NCBI RefSeq assembly: GCF_009914755.1
Contig: NC_060942.1
DNA: 64,000 nt
Origin: the human T2T-CHM13v2.0 reference genome, Homo sapiens
Direction: 5' to 3' (one strand)
How positions within the stretch are numbered: position 1 is the stretch's first letter; each line of letters opens with the position of its first letter. Positions 25,701 to 38,188 of the stretch are shown one piece after another. A program made the position numbers and the translations under genes. The notes under the pieces were generated by a model. It searched no databases and had not been told where the DNA came from. It was given only the letters and a program-made list of their open reading frames with translations.

Positions 25701-26554
25701 TGCAGCCTCACAGGAATGAGAAGACTCCGTGCCCCTCCCCAAGCCACTCCACACACAGGCGGGAATAAAGACCAGGAAACATGTATTCAGTCAACACATT
25801 TAGCCATGAAAGTATGTGAGGTCATCCAACAAGAGGACAGACCGGGAGTTCATACCTGCTGGGCTAGAAACTGGAAAGCTGGTGAGAATTTCTAGGACCA
25901 GACTGAGAATGAAGAGATGTTATCCATCCCTGGCGCCCAAACACCCTGAGGAAGCTGTTTCTCCTGTGGTTAGACCTTGATTTCTTCTCCTCCAGCCTAA
26001 ACGTATGGAATTTAATGATCTTATTAAGGACACTGTTGGTTTAGTATTTAAGGAAAATGAGCTGGTAGCAAAATATAAGCAGGGCACGACAAGGTGAACG
26101 AGAAGGGAGGGAGTTCAGGAAGGAACGGAGGTTTGCGCTGGTAAAGCAGAAGCCGGGGAAGCTGAGAGCCCGAGGAGCCTCGCTGGTTGGGAGGGGGCCA
26201 GGAGGAAACAGCCGAGAACACAGACCCCGGATCGGCATTCCAGGAAAAGAGGTCGATACAGGAGTCATGGGTTACATGAATGGAGAAGAGATGCTCTGAA
26301 ATCAGGAGGCAGAGGACAAGAGGGGCAGGTGGACAGGCAGGAGCTTGTGGGAAAGTCTGATTTGCTAGGTGCGTCCTCCAGGCGAAGAAGTCGAGAAGTC
26401 CTTACCACCTGGGAAGTCACCTTGGTGGTCTGCCTGGTGTGTGGCTTGGGGTCACTGTTGGTCTGCTGGGCACAGCACAGGAAACAAGTGAGGACAAGCT
26501 GAGACCCTCTGGAACCCTTGCGTCTGTTCAACATTGAATTAACACCTGTAGGTC

Positions 26555-29500
26555 CTTTTTAAAACTTTTTATTTTGAAATAATTATAGATCTATAAGAAG
26601 TTACAAAAATAGTACAAGAAGGTCTCCTGAACCTTTCACCTAGCTTCCCCCAATGGCTGCAGCTTATGAACTATGGTACAATATCCACACCAGGAAACTG
26701 ACACTCTTGCAATGTTTGTGTAGGTCTATGTCACTGTATCACATGCAGACTTGAGTGATCTCCACCGTAAACAAGACACAGAATGGTTCTGTCACCATGA
26801 AGATCTTTACAGGCACATCCACCTGCAACTCGCATGATTCTTAAAGCCAGGAAATCACCAATCTTCCTCTATCTCTAAAATTTTGTTATTTCAAGGATAT
26901 TGTATAAATGGAATCATATACTATGTAACCCTTAGGACTGACTTCCGTCACTCAGCCATATTCCCTGGAGATTCCTCTGAGCTGCTTGTGCATCAAGAGT
27001 TTTTCCTTCTTAGTGCTGAATAGTGTTCCATGGCACTGATGTACCGTGATCTGTGTAACCATTCACACATTGAAGGACATTTTGCTCGTCTCCAGATTTT
27101 GGCAACTGCGAATAAAAAGGCTACCAACAATTGTGTACCAGTTTTCTGGCAAGCTCTCACTTTTCTGATATAAATGCCCAGGTGTGTGACTGCTTGGTCA
27201 TAGGATATTTGTATGCTTTGTTATTGTTGTTGTTGTTGTTCAAGAATTTTCCAAGTGATTTTGCAAAGGGTCAGGATCGTTTCATATTTTCACCAACAAC
27301 GTATGAATGACTGAGTTTCTCTGTGCCACCGATAGCATTTGGTGTTGTCACTAGTTTTTATTTTGGCTATTCTAATAGGTGTTTTGTGATATCTCCTGTG
27401 ACCTTAATTTGCATTTTTTAAGGTTAGTGATGTTGAACTTTTTATGTGCTTTTTTTCTATCTGTATGTCTTTTTCAGTGAAAGATCTCTTCATGTTATTT
27501 CCTATTTTCTAATTGGATCATTTTGTTTTTTACTGTTGAGCTCAGAGAGATCTTTACAAATTCTAAATATGAGTCCTTTAACTGATATATGTTTTGCAAA
27601 TATTATCCCTTGGTTTGTAGCTGTCTTTCCATCCTTTTAATGGAGTCTTTCACAGAGCAAAATTTTTGTTTTGATAAAGTTCAATTCATGGATCTTTTTC
27701 TTTTATGAATTGAGCTTTTGATACCACATCTGAGTACTCTTCATCAAGCCCAAGTTCTGAATTTTTTTTCCTGTGTTTTATTCTGAAAAACTATACTTTG
27801 GTGTTTTACATTTAAACCATTTTTAGTTACCTTTTGTATAAAATGTGTGGTTTAGGTTAAGATTTATTTTTTGTTTAAAAGACTATCTGTCTTCCATTGA
27901 ATTATTTTAGTACCTCTGAAAAATCAGTTGGCTGTTCCTGTGTGAGGCTGTTACTGGTCCATTTTTCTATTTCGTTTATCTTTGTGTGTATCCCCATCCC
28001 TGCCAGTCCCATAGTCTCAATGCTACGTAATAAACCTGGAAACAGGGCAGAGTGAATATTCCTCCCACTTCATTATTCTCTTTCAAAATTTGTTTAGCTA
28101 TTCTTAGGATTGTGCTTTCCCATGTAAATTTTAGAATAATCTTTTTTGAATTTATAAAAAATTTGCTAGAATTTTGATAGGAATTGTGTTCAGTGTTTGT
28201 AGCAATTTTGGGAAAATTGTTATGTTGAGTCTTCCAGTTCATGAGCAAAGATCCTCTCTTCATTTGTTTAGATTGTCTCTGATTTCTTTCATCAGCATTT
28301 TGTAATTTTCAGCACACAAATTCTATACATGCTCTGTTAGAGTTACACCTAGGTACTTGATTTTTTTGTAGCTATTACAATGGTACTATATTTGCAGTTT
28401 CGGTTTCTCTCTCTTCCTTATTAGTTTGTAGAGATACAATTCATTTTTGTGTGCTGATTTAGTATCTTGTGAACATATTGATCTCATTTGTGGTAGGAAG
28501 CTTTTGTTTGCTGGTTGGTTTGTTTTTTAGATCCTTTGAGATTTTATACGTAGACAATCATGTGATCTACAAATAGGTGAATTTCTTTCTTTCTGATCAG
28601 TATGGATTCTCTTTACTTTTCTTTTCTTATTAGACACTATGATAGTAAGAATTTCCAGTATGATGTTGAATAGCAATGGTGAGAGTGAACATTCTCACCT
28701 AAATCTCAATTTTAGTGGAAAGCCATTTAGCATTTTAACATTAAGTTGATGCTAACTATAGCATTTTGTAGACAGGAAATTCTTTATCAAGTTGAGGAAA
28801 CCACCCTCTATTCCTTACTGATAATTTTTGTCATTAATATGTGCTGAATTTTGTCAAGTGCGTGTTGAATTTTGTCAAAAGATTTTTTCTCCTAAATTGG
28901 TGTGATCATGTGATTTTTTTTCTTCTTTAGCTTGTGAATACAGTGGATTACACTGATTGATTTTTAAAAGTAGTAAACCAGTCTGGCATCCCTAGAATAA
29001 GAATTTACTTGTGGTATATCATTTTCTTTATATATTGCTGAACTCTATTGGGAAATATTTTAATAATGATGTTTCAGTCTATAAGATATGTGTATGAGGT
29101 CTGAAGCTTGCTAGTTTGATTTTTGTTAATTTTACTAATTTTTTTAAAAAACTAAGTTTATTTTATTTATTTTTACTCTCTGTTTTCAATTTCATTGATA
29201 TATGTTCTTATCCTTATTTCTTTCCTCCTACTTGCTTTGGGTTTATTTTGCTCTTCTTTTCTAATTTCTTGATGTAGAAACTTAGACTATTAATTTGAGG
29301 CTATTTGTCTTTTTTAATGTATGGACTCAGTGCTATAAATTTTCCTCTAAACAATGCTTTAGCTGCACCCCACAGATTTTGTATTTGTGGATGTATTTTT
29401 ATTTTTATTTAGTTCAACTTATTATTTATTTCCTTTGAGATTTCTTTGATTCACAGGCTATTTAAAGGTGCAATATTTTGTTTTCAAGTTTTTGGAGATT

Positions 29501-30128
29501 TTCCTTTATATTTCTGTTATTAGTTTCTGCTTTGATTCTGCTGTGGTCAAAGGACACACTCAGCATGATTCCAGTTCTTTGAAATGATTGAAGTATGTTT
29601 AATGGTATCAGATATGGTCCACCTTTGTGAATGTTCAGTGGGAGAACAGAATGTATAATCTGTAGTTGTTTACTAATGTGTTCTTTAAGTGTTGATTAGA
29701 TACTGTTGGGTAATGGTGTTGTTAAATTCTCCTATTTCTTGCTGATATTCTCTGTAGTTATTCTATTAATTATTGAGAAAGGTGTTTTGAAGTATCCATC
29801 TGTAATTATGAATTTTTCTTTCTCTCCTGTAACTTCAAGACCTTTCCTTTGTGTTTAGTTTTCAGAAGTTTGGCTATTATATGTCTTGGTATGGATTTTT
29901 TTAGGTTTACCTTGTTGGAGTTTTCTCAGCTTCTTGAATCTGTAGGTTTATGTATTTCACCAAATGGGAAGTTTTTAGCTTTGAACAGTTTTTCAGCCCT
30001 TCCCTTTTCTCTCCTTCTAGGCCTGTGATGATACAAATATTAGATCTTTTGCTTTAGTTCCCTAGGTCCTTTAGGTTCTGTTTGCCTTTAAAAAAAATAT
30101 TTTATTTTTGTGGTTCAGAATGGATAAT
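26555..30128 (-). mobile_element. Old L1 (L1MC/L1MD-type), fragmented
   Basis: 3' end TTTTATTTTGAAATAATTATAGATC...CCCCAATGG; continuous T-rich antisense ORF2-like sequence. Confidence 0.8.
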
Positions 30129-30130
30129 TC

Positions 30131-31560
30131 TTTCTTTTTTAACTTTTAAGTTTAGGGGTACATGTGCAGGTTTGTCACATAAGTAAACTTTTGTCATGGG
30201 GGTTTGTTGTACAGATTATTTCATCACCCAGGTATTAAGCCTAGTACCCATTAGTTATTTTTCCTGATCCTCTCCCTCCTCCTACCCTCCACCCTCGGAT
30301 AGACACAGTGTGTGTTGTTTCCCTCTATGTGTCCATGTGTTCTTATCATTTAGCTCCAACTTACAAGCGAGAATATGCAGTATTTAGTTTTTCTGTTCCT
30401 GCATTAGTTTGCTAAGGATAATGGCCTCCAGCTCCAACCATGTCCCTGAAAATGACATGATTTCATTCTTTTTTATGGCTGAAAGTATTTCACCATGTAT
30501 CTGTATCACATTTTCTTTATCCAGCCTGTCATTGATAGACATTTAGGTTGATTCCATGTTTTTGCCATTATCAATAGTGCTGCAATGAACTTATACATGC
30601 ATGTGTCTTTATAACAGAACAATTTATATTCCTTTGGGTATATACCCAGTAATGGGATTGCTGGGTTGAATGGTTTTTCTGTCTCTAGGTCTTTGAAGAA
30701 TCACCACACTATCTTCCACAATGGTTTAACTAATTTATACTCCCATTAACAGTGTATAAGCATTCCCTTTTCTTAACAACTTTGCCAGCGTCTATTACTG
30801 TTTTACTTTTGATAATAGCCATTCTGACTAGTGCGAGATGGTATCTCATTGTGGTTTTGATTTGCATTTATCTAATGATCAGTGATGTTGAGCTTTTTTT
30901 CATGATTGTTGGCTGCATTTATGTCTTATTTTGAAAAGTGTCTGTTCATGTCCTTTACCTGCTTTTTAATGGGATTGTTTTTTTCTTGTAAATTTGTCGA
31001 GTTCCTTATAGATGCTGGATATTAGACCTTTGTCCGATGCATAGTTTGCAGAAATTTTCTCCCATTATGTACATTGTCTGTTTATTCCGTTGATAGTTTC
31101 TTTGGCCGTGCAGAAGCTCTTTAGTTCAATTAGATCTCATTTGTTAATTTTTGCCTTTGTTGCAAATTTGCTTTTGATGTCTTTGTCATGAAATCTTTGC
31201 CCATGCCTATGTCCTGAAAGGTATTGCCTAGGTTGTCCTCCAGGGTTTTTATAGTTTTGGGTTTTACATTTAAGTCTTTAATCCATCTTGAGTTTATTTT
31301 TGTGTATGATGTAAGGAAGGGGTCCAGTTTTAACCTTTTGCATATGGCTAGCCAGTTATCTCAGCACCGTTTATTGAATAGGAAGTTCTTTTCCCATTGC
31401 TTGTTTTTGTCAGGTTTGTTGAAGATGTGATAGTTGTAGGTACGTGGTCTTATTTCTGGTTATTTGTTCTGTTCCATTGGTCTATGTGTCTGTTTTTGTA
31501 TCAGTCCCATGCTATTTTGTTACTGTAGCCCTGTAGTATAGTTTGAAGCAGGGTAGCATA
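30131..31560 (-). mobile_element. L1PA13-like 5'-truncated element
   Basis: GGGGTTTGTTGTACAGATTATTTCATCACCCAGGTATTAAGCCTAGTACCCATTAG plus antisense ORF2 3' region. Confidence 0.9.
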
Positions 31561-32344
31561 GTGTCTTAAATGTTAATCTCAGTTGGTTTTAAAGGGAGAA
31601 CAAGAATGTCAAGAGGAAAGAGATAAAGATAAAAGCAAAGATCAATAAGTCAGAAACCAAGAAAAAAAACTTGTACTTTCTTAGGTACATTCTAGCAAAT
31701 TAAAAAAAATGCATAGACAAATTCTTGACAGATATAATCAAGATACTAAGAAATTAAATGCCATAACTATAGAAAATCAGTATTAAAGGAGTCCTTAATA
31801 TAGATAAATATCTTTAAATATTAAGAATAATGTTTAAATTGCACATTAACAATGATAAAGTTTTTATAAAATGAATTGTTCTCCGGAAGAAAATTACTTA
31901 AGTTGACTTAAAAATAAAAAGAAAATTTTCAAACAGTAAAACTGAAATGATTACTAAATAAATAACTTCAAAACTGTCTCTAACTTCAGACTTTTTACCT
32001 ATTTGCAGTAACAGGAAGTTCTTATGACTTTTGAAATGGAATTTTTAATTTCTTAGTCATTCACAGGTGCAGCAGATTCAAGAGTGAATGAAATTGATCC
32101 CCAGTTCTCAAGGAGCTTATATTCTGGCTAGAAGAAGTAAACATTGAACATATCAGAAAAGCTATAAACAGATCAAAAGATTGTAGAATGTCAGGGTTAA
32201 AGGCATCTTTTCCTCCAGATGCCTCTTTTTAAATAAAGACTGAAAGGATATTTCCTTAATATTAGGAATAGGTTTACATCGAAAAAGTAATCTACAAACT
32301 TAATGGGGGAAAACTGGAGGAAGTCCATTTAAAATGAGACACTG

Positions 32345-33007
32345 CCGGGAGGGAGGTGGGGGGGGTCAGCCCCCCGCCCGGCCAGCCGCCCCGTCCGGGA
32401 GGTGAGGGGCGCCTCTGCCCGGCCGCCCCTACTGGGAAGTGAGGAGCCCCTCTGCCCGGCCACCACCCCGTCTGGGAGGTGTACCCAACAGCTCATTGAG
32501 AACGGGCCATGATGACAATGGCGGTTTTGTGGAATAGAAAGGGGGGAAAGGGGGAAAAGATTGAGAAATCAGATGGTTGTCGTGTCTGTGTAGAAAGAGG
32601 TAGACATGGGAGACTTTTCATTTTGTTCTGTACTAAGAAAAATTCTTCTGCCTTGGGATCCTGTTGATCTGTGACCTTACCCCCAACCCTGTGCTCTCTG
32701 AAACATGTGCTGTGTCCACTCAGGGTTAAATGGATTAAGGGCGGTGCAAGATGTGCTTTGTTAAACAGATGCTTGAAGGCAGCATGCTCGTTAAGAGTCA
32801 TCACCACTCCCTAATCTCAAGTACCCAGGGACACAAACACTGCGGAAGGCCGCAGGGTCCTCTGCCTAGGAAAACCAGAGACCTTTGTTCACTTGTTTAT
32901 CTGCTGACCTTCCCTCCACTATTGTCCTGTGACCCTGCCAAATCCCCCTCTGCGAGAAACACCCAAGAATGATCAATTAAAAAAAAAAAAAAGAAAAAAT
33001 AAATAAA
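32345..33007 (+). mobile_element. SVA (SVA_D-like), 5'-truncated: end of VNTR, SINE-R and poly(A)
   Basis: GC-rich VNTR units CCGGGAGGGAGGTGGGGGGGTCAGCCCC; SINE-R ...GAGAAACACCCAAGAATGATC; perfect TSD AAAATGAGACACTG 32331-32344 / 33009-33022 at a TTT/AAAA site. Confidence 0.97.
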
Positions 33008-33961
33008 TAAAATGAGACACTGGACTAGAATGTCTGCTTATTTAACAGTGTTATGGAAATGTTGTTAATGGTTTAACACAATGAAAAGAAAGATATAATG
33101 ATGTATAACTAGCGGATTTGATCAAATGCAATTGATCTAATGAGATAGAACTAGATTTGATCAAATACAATTGTTATTATGAAAATCAATATAAATATCC
33201 ATTTATTGAGATAGCTAATAAATATATACTCAATAAATAAAATCCAAGATAGCCACTAAAAATGAATAGAAAAGAAAGAGTTGATGGCTAATTAGTGGGT
33301 TCATTCTTTATTTTCACTAAAAATAAAAAGAAAGAGGTGATGGCTAATTAATGGATTCACTATATTTTATAATTTATCAAATTATAAATTATAAAATATA
33401 CATATGAAAAACAAACCTTTTCTTTATACCAGTAAAATTATAGCAGAAGATATTGCTAAAAAGAGATCCCTATCATAATTCCAACCAAAACATATGCTAC
33501 AAGGAAATAAAACATAAAATTTTAAAATTCTGAAGATTTTAAAAAGCCTTGAAATACATAAAATTTTGAAAAAAGGAAAACATACAGATCGTATTTATCT
33601 ATGGGATGCATGAACATTTGAAATGATATACCATTTGCCCACAAATCAAAGCAATTGAAATCAAAATTATAAATTACCTAGGGAATAATAAACAGGTGAA
33701 AATATAAAGAATATTTTGGGAACAAAAGTATGAGGGAGGCATGCAACTGACTTTGCCAAACATCAATTGATAGTCTTAAGGCGGGGCAGGCATAATAATG
33801 GAACAGAACGGAAGGCCATGAGCAGGTCAAATTCTCTGTATACTTTAGCACTTAACAAGGCATGCATTTCTCATCATGGAAGAGACTGTCAGTTAATTAA
33901 GGACAATAAATGTACTGTGTACCATATTCCATAATAAACAAAAGAAGGACCAAATAGTTCA

Positions 33962-34361
<400 letters not shown>

Positions 34362-34598
34362 TTAATAAAGGAATACAAACATTACAAACATTTGGTTGCA
34401 ATGTTTTTAATTAGCTCCCCCCAAAAAAATCCCAATATGAACAAAAATAGAATGTAAATGGCAAACCCAAAGGTTGTGAAAACTTTTGACAAATTGAATT
34501 ATTTCCTTAATATATAAAAGATTTTACAAATCAAAGTCCAGGGAAATAAAAAAATATAACAATTGAAAAAATAATGATTACCAAATTGCATCTTTTTT

Positions 34599-35125
34599 TA
34601 TTTAATTTTATTTTAAGTTCCAGACATGCAGGTTTGTTACATAGGTAAACGTGTGCCTTTGTGCCATGGTGGTTTGCTGCACCTACCAACCCATCACCTA
34701 GGTACTAAGCCCCACATGCGTTAGCTATTTCTCCCTCCCACTGTGCCCCAAACCAGCCCAATGTGTATTGTTCTCCTGCCTGTGTCCATGTGTTCTCATT
34801 GTTCGACTCCTAGTTATAAGTGATAACATGCGGTGTTTGGTTTTCTGTTCCTGTGTTTGTTTGCAGAGGTTAACAGCTTCCAGCTCCATCCATGTTCCTG
34901 GAAAGGACATGATCTCATTCCTTTTTATGGCTGCGTAGTATTCTATGGTGTACATGTACCACCTAGAACCAGAAATACCATTTGACTCAGCAATCCCATA
35001 ACTGGGTATATACCCAAAGGAATAAAAATCATTTTATTATAAAAAGACATGCACGGTACATTCATTGCAACACTATTCACAATAGCAAAGACATGGAATC
35101 AACCTAAATGCCCATCAATGATAGG
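34599..35125 (-). mobile_element. L1PA (about PA8-PA10) with 5' inversion (34599-34962 antisense 3' end; 34963-35125 inverted segment)
   Basis: Orientation switch GTACCAC|CTAGAACCAGAAATACC; TSD CCAAAT(T/G)GCATCTTTTTT 34581-34598 / 35126-35143. Confidence 0.93.
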
Positions 35126-35830
35126 CCAAATGGCATCTTTTTTAAAATTGGTATTTTCAAAACAAATCTAGAGTGTTACAATTATCAAAATATAATTAAT
35201 TTGAAATTAAACAAATATTACATGCATGTATGCATACATACACATATAGATATATATGCATGTTTACATATATATATTTAATATTATACAAAGTTTATAT
35301 CTTATCTATAACCAGGGACCGCAGAGTTTTACTAAATGACAAGGGTAAAAATTATCGTAATTGATAAAGAAAAGTCCAAAAGTGATACAGTTCAAAAAGA
35401 AAATATCCTAAATGTGTCCTGACTATTGCTGAGGTGTCAGGGAGGAGTTGGTGTCAGATGGTACAACAGGATTGTATTTTCTCCTGTTGAGTAATTGTGT
35501 TGCTGGTGGACCCTGATCCCCCTGGGTGCCAGCTTAGGTGACACATTGGAATCACAACCCAAAAAGAGTGACTCCATCAAGCTGTGGGTCCCCATGTCCA
35601 GGCAGCAGAGATAAGATACCACAATGAGCTGCTAGAAAGTGAAATCCTTAGACTGTCCATGCGATGCCAAGTGGCCAGTTTGTCCCTTTACTCTGCACCC
35701 ATGGCCTCCATGAGGACAGAGGCTGCACATTCTCATTTTGCCTTCTCACCAGGAGGATCCTGGATTCCCTGACATTCTGGGCCCAGAGCCTTGCACCCTC
35801 TCTTGTTTCCCATTGTGTGCATTGAATATT

Positions 35831-36148
<318 letters not shown>

Positions 36149-37421
36149 TGCATTGAATATTTCAATATCATCTCTGCCAAGCATGAAACTTCCTCTCCAG
36201 TTGTTTTTACCTATTTTACCAATTAAAAAATGCTATGTTTTCAAACATGTCCCTATGTAAACACAAGCCAAAATATATCTTGGTCCTTTTAAGTATCCTA
36301 TGCTTATATAAAGTTTTTATTTTAAAAATAGAAGATGAATGGAAATAGAGAAACAGTCATTTGTTCTCCTATAAACACAAGAACTGGATAGTATTTTATT
36401 GTATAATGGTAGGAATAAAATAATTTACTCATCACGGTCATCGTAGCCTTTCAGACGAACACTTCTGCACTCCAGGTTTTTCCACATGGCTCCTTCTCTT
36501 CGTGTCTTATCTTTTCCTTCATGTTCCTTCCTTTCACCTTCCACACCTGTTAGAAATGACACGGGAGGCGCTTGGCAGCCCGGACTCTTATGAGACACCA
36601 CACAGGTGCCTTTAGAGAACCTTCCATGGAGTCTGAAAGCACTGTAAACAAGGAGCAGCCGCGAGATGGGAGAAAGTTGTTCGTCTGTCAGTTTGTACCT
36701 GACTGCACATCATAATCGAACCCAGATTTTAGAAATAACTCTTGGTGGCGCCGGCTGTCTGCAACGCAGCCCATTTCCTGCTGCTGCTGGAGTCTCAGCT
36801 CTTGCCCATTTCCCTCTCTCTCTCTCTCTGGAGGCTGCCTGGTCGCACGTCAGCCAGGAGACTTACAGGTGCGGGCTGGCCTCCCGTGAGCCTTTAGATA
36901 TGTCATGCGAGTAGGCAAAGCTCCCTCCACGGAGATCTGCCAGGCCGTGGGGTTTGTGACACATGACACACAGTTTCAGCCGGTCTGGTCACAATCGTAA
37001 CATGCTTCCTCTTCCCCCTAGCTGTCCCCTCTTCTTCTCTTCATAACTGCCAGGCTGGCCCACAGCTGACATCACACGCAGGAGGAGGACAGATTTCAGC
37101 TGTCAGCTCAACAGTGCAGAAACGTGCTCACCAAAAAGAAGAAGAAAAAAAGAACTGTAAACTTTTAGTAGGATAGGAAATGCTAGTTTCTTGGTGAAAA
37201 AATGGTGACCAAGACAAGGAGAAGAATTTCTTTATTGCAAGTAAATTCACCCATTAAATCTGCTCCCCACCTCCACACCCCTTGCCCCTGGGTATTGACA
37301 CACCTGGGGCAGGAGCAGTCGTGGGAGAGAGTGAACAGATGCACGGACCTCATCAATCAGCTCCCTTTTATGCTCTTGAAGGAGATCCCTGAACACCATC
37401 AGGGGCTCATCCCTGGCTTAC

Positions 37422-37568
37422 CTCACCAGCAGAGCGTTGGCAAAGTTAGCTCAAAGCAGCCTCGTTCCCATACACTCGCCGTGCGGAACAGCTTAGCTAG
37501 AGGGACCAACCGGAATCTCATCCGTCTGACCTTCCCTTGCACGACAGGGCTTCCTTGCAAAAAAGAGG
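37422..37568 (-). other. Candidate 147-nt exon of a minus-strand non-coding transcript
   Basis: Minus-strand acceptor CTTTCTGTTCTCTGCAG| and donor GAG|GTAAGC; CpG-retaining unique sequence; stops in all three frames. Confidence 0.35.
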
Positions 37569-37889
37569 CTGCAGAGAACAGAAAGCATAGTGGGAGTGCT
37601 TCACATTTTTTTCCATCAAGGATAGAGAACAACTGGGAGGGGACAACAGAAATAAAAATAGAAAAAAAGAGAGGTAAGTTACTGAAATCTAGCAGAGACA
37701 AGTACAAATCAATTACACGAAAAAGCACATGTAAAATGAAGCCACATAAATATATAAGGCACTTGCACTGTATGAAAATAATGCTGAAATTATAGAGCTG
37801 TCATCCACAGACTGTGGAGGTGCCTCTCCCTTCTTGATGTACCTCTCAGGGAAGGATGGGATGAGGCTGACATAAGACTCACCTGGGCA

Positions 37890-38188
37890 GGCCAGGTGCG
37901 GTGGCTCATCACTGTTAGTCCAGCACTTTGGTAGGCCAAAGTGGAGGATGGCTTGAGCCCAGGCATTCGAGACCAACCTAGGCAACATAGAGAGACCACA
38001 TGTCTATGAAAAACTAAAAAATTAACTGGGTGTGGTGGCATGCAACTCTCATCTTAGCTACCTAGGAGGCTGACACAGGGGGATTGCTTGAGCCCAGGAG
38101 ATCAAGGCTGCAGTGAGCTATGATCGTGCCACTCCAGCCTGGGTGACACAGGGAGATTCTGTCTCTAAAAAAATAATTTAAAAAAAAA
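37890..38188 (+). mobile_element. AluJ (Jo/Jr-like)
   Basis: GCTTGAGCCCAGG in both arms, GCAGTGAGCTATGATC; degenerate TSD AAGACTCACCTGGGCA 37874-37889 / AAGGCTCACTGGGCA 38195-38209. Confidence 0.93.

Noticed and set aside
32493-32972. ORFs of 104 aa and 73 aa
   Set aside because: They lie within the SVA SINE-R and are not host genes.
37202-37795. Longest ORF (197 aa)
   Set aside because: No recognisable domain, low-complexity Lys-rich tail from A-rich DNA, and no supporting plus-strand gene structure; compatible with chance.
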